In this document: one piece after another, positions 1-7,503 of the stretch | How positions within the stretch are numbered: the first letter of the stretch is position 1 | Layout of the letters: each line of letters starts with the position of its first letter | Assembly (NCBI RefSeq): GCF_006345805.1 | Contig: NW_021828858.1 | Location: 1-7,503 of the forward strand | Source of the DNA: Octopus sinensis | Taxonomy: Eukaryota | DNA length: 7,503 nucleotides | Direction: 5' to 3' | Made by a program: the position numbers and the translations under genes | Notes under the pieces: model-generated | What the model was told of the DNA's origin: nothing | Databases searched by the model: none | What the model saw: only the letters and a program-made list of their open reading frames with translations

Positions 1-752
1 ATGACATATTTTCGACAATATCTTTCACAAATTGGCAGGAATTATTTTTTTAATTCACAGCGAGCATCATGTCTGCTCCAAGGAGCTATATGTCCCTTTT
101 TATTCCAATAGGATACTTTATTACTGGAAAAAATCGGTTAATTACATCATATGTGGCACACATAGCAAACCGATTTGTGTATTAAACACAAACCACAGAC
201 TGTCTAGGAGACGCAACTCGACCTTTTTAACTCTCGAAACACGTGGGGTAAGTATCCCAAAATGTACAAAAACGGCAAAAAAGCGGGCAGCAATGTGAGT
301 GACAACAACGAAAAAGTAAAAAGTGACCAAACTGAACAAACGAATGGAAAAAGTTTTTTGGTGCACACGACAAAAGCGGTTTATAATAAACCAAGAGTTT
401 GCAAGTAGCGTCCGAGGACCCTTAGGGCACGTCAAAAATTTAAGGTAAAACGTTTAGGGTGGTAGTTATAAAGAAAGTTTAAACAAAAAAAGTATTCGAA
501 TAACTTGCGGCTGCAGCAGCTATTAGCAGAAGTGGCGGTGTTGGGGGTAAAGTCTCGAATGTAATTTCTTCCTGGTAGGAATTGGTTGGGTTGAATTATC
601 AATAGCTGTTTGATTGTTATTTGGGAGTGAAGAGAAGACATTGCAACCTACACATGCGCCTTCGTTCACTAGAGGAAAAGGACTAGATTGGGATTAGTCG
701 TTGCCTACTAGGGGTTCTTACATACCCGGGCAACGCCGGGCTATGCTGCTAG
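1..752 (+). mobile_element. Putative non-autonomous Helitron, 3' part (5' TC end not seen, probably upstream of the window; left extent uncertain)
   Basis: Ends in a Helitron-type 3' terminus (next feature). The upstream 720 bp lack microsatellites, unlike most of the window. No RepHel coding remnant recognised. That the body reaches base 1 is inference. Confidence 0.5.
725..752 (+). other. Helitron 3' terminal signal: GC-rich hairpin plus CTAG
   Basis: CCCGG-GCAACG-CCGGG (725-740, 5-bp stem), an 8-nt spacer, then CTAG (749-752) followed by T753. This matches the established Helitron signature: subterminal hairpin, CTRR end, insertion between A and T. Confidence 0.85.
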
Positions 753-1029
753 TGATGTTATAATCAAAGAAAAACAAAAAAAATCTAGTTTAAAGGATAC
801 TCCTTTGAAAATTTTTTTTTTTTTTTTTCATTGGTCCTTTCAACTAACGGTCTTAAGCATGCAATGAACAAAATAAATTTAGCATAAATTCATCCTATAT
901 TAATATCGAAGGAGATATTCCAAATACATAATATGGTAAATAATCAGATACGAAATATAAGTCAATTAATAATTTAAAGTTAAAATTAAAAAATGTTCAC
1001 GCAAAATTACATAAATATTTTTTCAGCAG

Positions 1030-1299
1030 TATATACGTATATTAGACCATTTATAATATACATATATACACCAAAATACACAGATGCATGTACATAGTTG
1101 TATATATATTTAGATATACATATATAAGATATAAATATATACACAAATACACACATATACATATATGTACGCATACATGCACGCGTACAAAATCTCTTGG
1201 TGTACACATATACATGTAAGACATAGATATATACACAAATACACATATAAATAAATGTACGCATACATGCACGAGCACAAAACCTCTTAGTGTATATAT
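1030..1299. repeat. TA/CA-rich low-complexity tract containing a ~90-bp tandem duplication
   Basis: 1151-1204 and 1241-1294 match at 48/54 positions at offset 90 (shared ATGTACGCATACATGCACG...CTCTT.GTGTA). Confidence 0.85.
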
Positions 1300-1518
1300 C
1301 AGTGCTTTTCAAACTTTTTGCCGGAGCGGAACCCCAAGGAAACATTCCATTGGCTCGAGGAACCCCTCTGCAATAATTTAATAGTTTTATGCACACATAT
1401 CTGCACAGGAGACTTAAAAATTACTGCCGATTTTAGCAGTTTTGTAACTTCTTGCGGAACCCCTGCACTGTACTGGCGGAACCCTAAGGTTCCGCGGAAC
1501 CCTGATTGAAAACCAGTG
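1300..1518. mobile_element. hAT-superfamily (Charlie-like) MITE, 219 bp, complete
   Basis: TIRs CAGTGCTTTTCAA (1300-1312) and TTGAAAACCAGTG (1506-1518), 11/13 complementary. Perfect 8-bp TSD GTATATAT (1292-1299, 1519-1526) with central TA. Repeated subterminal GGAACCC motifs. No coding capacity. Confidence 0.92.
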
Positions 1519-1774
1519 GTATATATATACGGGACAGTTATTACAGATGAGAGAAATAGGAAGTATACCTTAAGCGTACGCAAGGGAATGAGCAAAAAGG
1601 AAGACAAAACGAAAGGGACAAGTTTCAACAATGGTTGTATTAGTTAAGTCTTTAAAAAAAAGGGGGTGGGGAAGGGTCTTGACATTCCGGACGCTAGTTC
1701 ATCAGAAAAAGATAAGAATGGAAAGGCAAGAAAGGGAAAGGTAGAAGGAAAGAGAGAAACAATATCGATATAAA

Positions 1775-2007
1775 TTCTATTTCTTTATTACCCACAAGGG
1801 GCTAAACACAGAGGGGACAAACAAGGACAGACAAACGGATTAAGTCAATTATATCGACCCCAGTGCGTAACTGGTACTTAATTTATCGACCCCGAAAGGA
1901 TCAAGGCAAAGTCGACCTCGGCGGAATTTGAACTCAGAACGTAACGGCAGACGAAATACCGCTAAGCATTTCGCCCGACGTGCTAACGTTTCTGCCAGCT
2001 CACCGCC
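1775..2007 (-). mobile_element. tRNA-derived SINE, family A (octopus-type), apparently full length
   Basis: Minus strand reads GGCGGTGAGCTGGCAGAAACGTTAGC (A-box-like)...GAGTTCAAATTCC (B-box), central GTCGACTTTGCCTTGATCCTTTCGGGGTCGATAAATTAAGTACCAG, and an A-rich tail AATAAAGAAATAGAAT. A second diverged copy at 7252-7372 shows it is an interspersed repeat. Confidence 0.88.
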
Positions 2008-2008
2008 T

Positions 2009-2185
2009 TATATATATCGATATATATTTATAAGCATACACACACGCACGCACGCGCACACACACGCGCACACACCACCACCACCACCACACACACACAA
2101 TACACACACACCACCACCACCACAACACACACACACAACACACCACACACACAACACTACACACACGCATGCAAGCACACACCTA
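2009..2185. repeat. Compound (TA)n/(CA)n/(CCA)n microsatellite
   Basis: Directly visible runs. Confidence 0.9.
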
Positions 2186-2499
2186 TATTTGTATAAAGAT
2201 AAAAATCACACGAATAAGATAAGGAGTCAAGGAGGACGCAAAATCAAATAATGGAATCAGAAAAGTGTTACAATGTAAAAGCGGAAAAAGAAGAAAAAAA
2301 AGCAATTATTGAAACAGTGTACTATGAAAATATATTGCAAAAGAAGGAACAAAAGTGAATCCACTGTTCGATTAATACCCTTTATGAAAGAAATGAAAAA
2401 GGAAAAAGAACCCAGAAAAAAAGAAAAAAACATCGAATTTGTTTACATCGTAGGCTCAGTGTAAAATGGCAGTTGGGGAGTGAGATAGAAGGACTGGAA

Positions 2500-2650
2500 G
2501 AAGAGATACACTTTAGGTTCGGTGAGAATGAAAGAGTAGAAAAAAGGAGGAGAAGGAGTGAGAAGAAGAGACGAGAAGAGGAGAGGAGCAGAGTTAAAGA
2601 GGGAATGAATAACGTGGATGGAAAAGTGAGAGAGGGAATGGAGAGGGAAC
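2500..2650. repeat. Purine-rich (GA/GGA) low-complexity tract
   Basis: Mostly A/G on the plus strand (agaaaaaaggaggagaaggagtgagaagaagagacgagaagaggagagg). Confidence 0.7.
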
Positions 2651-2657
2651 CCTCAGT

Positions 2658-2661
<4 letters not shown>

Positions 2662-2699
<38 letters not shown>

Positions 2700-2825
2700 A
2701 TGTGTGTGTTTGTGCGTGTGTGTTCTCTGTATGTGTGAGTGTGTGTGTTTATGTGTGCATGTATCTGTGTGTGTGAGTATGTTTGTGTGTATATATGTGT
2801 GTATATGTGTGTGTGAGTATGTGTT
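2662..2825. repeat. (GT)n microsatellite, pure at 2662-2698 then imperfect
   Basis: Directly visible. Confidence 0.95.
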
Positions 2826-2997
2826 TAAATGCGAAATGTTCTTACTAATGTGTATGGTAAATCGTTAGTAATGCGTGTCGACGAAGATAAAATAGAGCGT
2901 CCGGGCATGCAAAAGTAATTCTTGTAATACAATGTAACCAATCAAAAATGTAATGCATGTACGAAACGTATAAACATCCTTAGACAGCGACAACAGT

Positions 2998-3358
2998 GGA
3001 GGCGCAATGACCCAATGGTTAGGGCAGCGGACTCGCGGTCGGAGGATCGCGGTTTCGATTCCCAGACCTGGCGTTGTGTGTGTTTATTGAGCGAAAACAC
3101 CTAAAGCTCCACGATGCTCCGGCAGGGGGTGGCGGCGAACCCTGTTGTACTCTTTCGCTCCAACTTTCTCTTACTCTTTCTTCCTGTTTCTTGTCCCCCC
3201 CCCGACTTCCTACGCAGCCGCTGAGCCTGGATGCGCCTGGATGCTCTTGATGTCGGAGTTTTGACCTGCTTTCTCTTCTGCGGTTCTTACGAATAGCAAA
3301 GGACCACGTTTCGGACTCCTCCCAAGGGACGAAGACCGCTTCGCTCAACAGCAACAGC
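2998..3358 (+). mobile_element. tRNA(Arg)-like-head SINE, family C
   Basis: Head GGCGCAATGACCCAATGGTTAGGGCAGCGGACTCGCGGTCGGAGGATCGCGGTTTCGATTCCC aligns by eye to eukaryotic tRNA-Arg (A box TGACCCAATGG, B box GTTTCGATTCC), but the anticodon stem does not pair. A GC-rich body follows, ending in CAACAG x2. The Arg-derived head fits the octopus OR-type SINEs of Ohshima and Okada (family name from memory). The 3' boundary is approximate. Confidence 0.8.
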
Positions 3359-3644
3359 ACGCGCATGTGCAAACAGCATATGTTTGTGCAAATGTGTGGT
3401 GTAACAAATTATATATTGAGATAGATGCATAAGAATTAGACTGTGTGGTAAAAGAATAGTTCATACCAGCAAAGCATTTGTCATGTGTAGTGCGTTATTG
3501 TGGGAGAGATGTGTCAAGAGAAAGTGTTTGTAGGCTTATAGTAAGATGTGTATATCAGACTGTCTGTATGTATGTTTGCATGCGAAGCTAGTAGTCATGA
3601 CCACGTGCCACGGCGTGGTGTTTGCTGAATGTGTTTGCTAAGTG

Positions 3645-3743
3645 TATATGCATACACATACGCACACACACATAGGTATATATATGTATAAATAATATAT
3701 ATATAATATATATATATATATGTATGTCTGTATCTATATATAT

Positions 3744-3794
<51 letters not shown>

Positions 3795-3912
3795 TAATAT
3801 ATATATATTATATATATATACATACATGCATACATACATTCATACATGTATGTATGTGTGTATGTATGCATACATGTATGTATGTGTGTATGTATGCATG
3901 TACGTGTGTATG
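3645..3912. repeat. Compound (TA)n/(CATA)n/(TATG)n microsatellite
   Basis: Directly visible; switches from CATA units to TATG units near 3845. Confidence 0.95.
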
Positions 3913-3919
3913 TTTTACA

Positions 3920-4347
<428 letters not shown>

Positions 4348-4355
<8 letters not shown>

Positions 4356-4716
4356 CTGGTCGAAGAAGTTGCTTCCTTCTTGCTGCTCTGCATAGCAACC
4401 AAGTTTGTGGAGATAGCTGACGGCTGTTCTGGGATTGACATCAACTTGTTCTGCAATGTCAGAGGCCCTGCAACGAGGATAATACTCAACACTTCTCTTA
4501 GTAAAGAGAAGGATCCTGTCAGAAGATCCTGGTTGATCTGGATGAGGTGATGTAGACTCTTTCCCCTCTCTGGTGAATTGCACAATCACTGTATTAACTG
4601 TAGAAAGCGGGATCCCAAGATTTTTCTGCGATTTTACGTTGACTTTGTCCACCTTTCATAATGACCCACAATAAGGCCTCTTTGAAATTCAGACAGTTCC
4701 AAAGTTTTTTGCGCAT
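4348..4716 (-). pseudogene. Tc1/mariner (Tc1-like) transposase N-terminal DNA-binding region, frameshifted and truncated
   Basis: With four frameshifts the minus strand from ATG 4716 reads [121 protein letters not shown]. This follows the Tc1 pattern: ELS..RG.IV start, first HTH, decayed GRP linker, second HTH, and G..GR.ARRKPLL. The DDE domain and TIRs are absent. Confidence 0.88.
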
Positions 4717-4730
4717 TTTGATGTCGACAT

Positions 4731-4835
4731 AAGTTCCTTGCCTTTCCTGATGAGAAATCTGCATAATGTACTCCTTATTCCTTCGGAATTAGGAATATGC
4801 AGCCTTCGAAACATATGTCGAAAATAAAGGAAATT
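4731..4835 (+). ncRNA. Type I hammerhead ribozyme with intact catalytic core
   Basis: CTGATGA 4747-4753, GAAA 4808-4811, GTC 4817-4819 (predicted cleavage 3' of C4819). Helix I: 4743-4746/4820-4823 plus 4734-4739/4827-4832. Helix II: 4754-4807, 18 bp in four segments, closed by G4754-C4807. Helix III: A4811-T4818 and C4812-G4817 with an ATAT loop (palindrome ACATATGT). Folded by hand. Confidence 0.85.
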
Positions 4836-4864
4836 GTTAACAAGTCGTTCAACTCCATTCTTTC

Positions 4865-4869
4865 ATAAA

Positions 4870-4910
<41 letters not shown>

Positions 4911-5327
4911 AACTTAGATAAACTTAGATATGTTTCGACCAAAGATTGGTCCAGGCCATGTCTAACTTAATAGCACCACCTGATAGGATTATTCGAATCC
5001 TGTTTAAGTCAAGTTTTGTTCAAGTAGTGAGTTCTTGTTGGGTGAGTTGTATCCAATTATGGGTGGCTTATCTGGTATTCTTTGAAGGAATCTATCCAGA
5101 CTCTGTTTAAAGTTGATGGGATCCTTTTCCTCTTTGATCTCTCTCGGGACAATGTTAAATAGGGCAGGGCCTGTTGAGGAAAAGAAATTATGTTGCAGTG
5201 TACATGTATGTTGTGATCTTGAATTGGGCAGGGGACGAATAGCCCGTGGTCCAAGTCTTGGATGAACCTTGAAGCTAATGTTTAGGTCGTTTGGGCATAG
5301 TTGGCGGTATATTTTCCACATCGTACA
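4865..5327 (-). mobile_element. 5'-truncated CR1/L2-group LINE: ORF2 C-terminus, 3' UTR and tandem-repeat tail
   Basis: 5327-5004 encodes CTMWKIYRQLCPN...GPALFNIVPREIKEEKDPINFKQSLDRFLQRIPDKPPIIGYNSPNKNSLLEQNLT* with no stop or frameshift, matching the WKI...GPxLFNxxP...FKxxLDxFLxxIPDxP motif at the end of CR1/L2-group ORF2. Two 3' UTR stem-loops follow (4985-5001, 4924-4965), then a tail of TAAGTTTAT units. The exact clade is uncertain. Confidence 0.85.
4872..4910. repeat. (TA)n microsatellite within the LINE tail
   Basis: Directly visible; flanked by ATAAACTTA units. Confidence 0.9.
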
Positions 5328-5328
5328 A

Positions 5329-5646
5329 TATATATATATATATATAATATATATAATATATATTATATATATATGCAATTCGTGCATCTGTCTGTGTGTC
5401 CCAAAGGGTAATTCAAAGAACCACAGATAGCAAACATATTCACATATGCATACATGCATGCGTTCATACATGTACATACACACACGCACACACACACATA
5501 CACATTCATAGAACATATACCGGTATATATATTTATTCGTATATATATATATATAAACGCATAGACATATACACATACACACAAGTGTATGTCTGCGTTT
5601 GTGTGTGTGTGTATGTATGTGTGTGTATGTGTATGTGTGTGTGTGG
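5329..5646. repeat. Compound (TA)n, (CA)n, (TG)n microsatellite region with a short unique spacer (about 5375-5436)
   Basis: Directly visible. Confidence 0.9.
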
Positions 5647-5817
5647 GGGGGGGCGTGTGAATATATCCTTTTGTGCTATTTTTATCTCTATTCAATTATT
5701 TTTTGTTCAGTTTTTCTCTATGCAAAAAAGAAAAAAAATATCAGTTTCTCTTTGCATATCCACCCACCTCCCAATCATTGCCTTTTGTCGCAATAAAGAA
5801 GCCATCAACTACAACAG

Positions 5818-5976
5818 CATCATCATCATCATCATCATATCACCATCACCATCATCATCCTCACCACTACCACCACCACCATCGTCATCATCATGACTAC
5901 CGTCAAAATCATCATCATCACTATCATCATTACCATCATCAACATCATCATGATCATCATCATTATCAGTATCACG

Positions 5977-6025
<49 letters not shown>

Positions 6026-6193
6026 ACATCACCATAATCAATATCATTATAGTTCTCGTCGTTGTCATTATCATCATCATCATCATCATTATCATCTTCT
6101 TCACCATCACATCATCGTCATCATCATCATCACCGTCACCACCATAATGAGTATCATTATCGTACTCGCTGTTGTCGTTATTATTATTTTTTT

Positions 6194-6225
<32 letters not shown>
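5818..6225. repeat. Imperfect (CAT)n/(CAC)n/(TAT)n trinucleotide microsatellite, about 410 bp
   Basis: Directly visible; phase shifts near 5838 and 6110. Confidence 0.95.
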
Positions 6226-6535
6226 TAATATTACTTTATTTAAAAATAAAGTCTGTCATTGAGAGATTTTTCTAAAAAAAATATCCAACGAATTTTTTTT
6301 TTCTCTCTCTGTTATGACCTTTTTACCGAATCGATTTTTTGTAACATTAATCAAAATAACTCACCATTTGGGTTATTTGAAGTTTTTTTCACATCTTTTT
6401 TCTTTCTTTTTTTTTTATCGAATATTTGACCTTTCTCCAAATACATCCCGACTAACCATTTCCATAGACTGGCTTATCTACTTTTATTCGTATCCTTTTA
6501 CGTTTAGCCAACCAAACTGAAAAGCGAGGGCGGAC

Positions 6536-6557
6536 TATATATATATATATATATATA
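6536..6557. repeat. (TA)11 microsatellite
   Basis: Directly visible. Confidence 0.95.
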
Positions 6558-6610
6558 GCACAATCGATATTTATTAATCAACACTAATCAAGTGATTGAC
6601 AATAACTTCG

Positions 6611-6670
6611 AAATCATGTGACTGTTTGATGACCTTTATAAAATCATGTGACTTGTCGGTGACCTTTTGG
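6611..6670. repeat. 30-bp tandem repeat, two copies
   Basis: AAATCATGTGACTGTTTGATGACCTTTATA (6611-6640) and AAATCATGTGACTTGTCGGTGACCTTTTGG (6641-6670). Confidence 0.85.
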
Positions 6671-7028
6671 AAATTTTCCAACCATGAAATATAGATTATT
6701 ACGTTGAATGTAGCAAACGCAAAGTACAAGATGTAACGTCACCGACATGTTTGATTCTCAGTTCAAGAATAAACGCCACAACATCGTATAGAGTTACACA
6801 AAATAGAAGATGCCGTTTAACAGAAGAATGTATATATTTCAGGAGAAGGCGATGTATATTACAAGCATCTCAAACGTTATATCCTTTTTTTATGTTCTCT
6901 ATTAAAAATCACGCTAGCGTCGAGTTTGCCGCGCATTCTACCGCTAGCGGTTTCATGGACAGTCCGCACCTACGCACCCACAAACCCACCCACCCATCCT
7001 ACCTTTAGTTTGTGCGTTTCTGTTTTTC

Positions 7029-7217
7029 ATTCTTTTATTTGTTTCAGCCATTTTGATTGCGGCCATGCTTCTTTCAGTTTCCGTCCACTTACAAGGCCTT
7101 GGTCAGCCCGAGGCTATAGTAGCAGACACTCGCCTCGGGTGCCGTGCAGTGGGAATGAATCTGAAGGCCCCGTGGTTACAAAGAGAAAGCTTCTTAGCAC
7201 ACAGCCACGCATGCGCC
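7029..7217 (-). mobile_element. SINE family B, internally deleted copy
   Basis: Minus strand GGCGCATGCGTGGCTGTGTGCTAAGAAG...CTACTATAGCCTCGGGCTGACCAAGGCCTTGTAAGTGG...GGAAACTGAAAGAAG aligns with 3920-4072. It then runs directly into CATGGCCGCAATCAAAATGGCTGAAACAAATAAAAGAA (tail) with no microsatellite. Confidence 0.85.
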
Positions 7218-7251
7218 TACGCATCTATGTTTACAAGCTATTATTAATCGT

Positions 7252-7372
7252 CCAGCAGAGTCGTCTGAGCGGCGAACAAAATGCTTTGCGTTATTTGTAC
7301 TGATACTTTGCCTTTAATGTTCAAACTCCACCGAAGACGACTTTGCCTTTCATTCCTCAGCGGCCGATAAAC
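7252..7372 (+). mobile_element. SINE family A, old diverged 5' fragment
   Basis: CAGCAGAGTCGT...AAATGCTTTGCGTTATTT...GTTCAAACTCCACCGAAGACGACTTTGCCTTTCATTCCTCAGCGGCCGATAAA aligns with the reverse complement of about 1885-1998. It carries an 11-bp internal repeat ACTTTGCCTTT (7305-7315, 7340-7350). Confidence 0.75.
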
Positions 7373-7503
7373 GAGTTCAGACTATCCACCAAAACCATCA
7401 CTACTGGTCATGTGACGATGTAAGAAAAGCAAAAAAACAAATGCATTGGATACCATCTAGAGAATCATTTACTTCTTTCAGTCATCTGACTGTGGTCATG
7501 CCG

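Noticed and set aside
248-300. Consensus splice donors GTAAGT (248-253) and GTGAGT (295-300)
   Set aside because: No credible exon or matching acceptor; 6-mers like these arise by chance.
262-408. 48-codon ORF (MYKNGKK...TTKAVYNKPRVCK) inside the Helitron, with a faint echo of the RepHel C-terminal TKNVVY motif
   Set aside because: No upstream helicase motifs such as LYVALSR; the similarity covers only a few residues.
1007-1396. ORF with an apparent 30-aa repeat (YTKRFC.RACMRT)
   Set aside because: It is the translation of the 90-bp duplication in a TA/CA tract, not a protein.
1699-1705. CTGATGA on the minus strand (possible second hammerhead core)
   Set aside because: No helix II closed by G-C, no GAAA and no helix I in register.
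3001-3072. Possible tRNA gene
   Set aside because: Anticodon and acceptor stems do not pair, and it continues into a SINE body with no Pol III terminator.
3601-3618. Small inverted repeat CCACG...CGTGG with a CACGTG E-box
   Set aside because: A 5-bp stem and a single 6-mer are within chance expectation.
5673-6275. 200-aa poly-His/Ser/Ile ORF
   Set aside because: Produced by the (CAT)n tract. The repeat phase shifts, so residues switch S to H to I, and other frames and strands are similarly open.
6351-6380. AT-rich hairpin TCAAAATAACTCA-CCATT-TGGGTTATTTGA
   Set aside because: About 12 bp with a bulge and a G-T pair in very AT-rich sequence; no context supports a function.
6751-7303. ORFs 6751-7008 and 6926-7303
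   Set aside because: No recognisable domain, non-ATG starts, and the second is largely antisense SINE B.

Overview
AT-rich eukaryotic non-coding DNA (intron or intergenic), packed with microsatellites and decayed transposable elements. The SINE types and the (TA)n/(CA)n/(CAT)n density resemble octopus (coleoid cephalopod) genomes. That assignment is recalled from memory, not a database result. No host protein-coding gene, rRNA, real tRNA or CRISPR array is supported, and most ORFs in the track are repeat artefacts. Elements in order: a Helitron 3' end (hairpin plus CTAG|T, ending at 752); a complete 219-bp hAT MITE with a perfect 8-bp TSD (1300-1518); five tRNA-derived SINE copies or fragments from three families; a frameshifted Tc1/mariner transposase N-terminus (4348-4716, minus); and the 3' end of a CR1/L2-group LINE (4865-5327, minus). 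The main find is a complete type I hammerhead ribozyme on the plus strand (4731-4835). It has an intact CUGAUGA/GAAA/GUC core, a 2-bp helix III with a palindromic loop (Penelope/retrozyme style) and an unusually long helix II, and it lies 14 nt upstream of, and antisense to, the Tc1 ATG. Two partial hammerhead-like motifs and a cluster of repeated regulatory-like motifs (6315-6950) also deserve a check.
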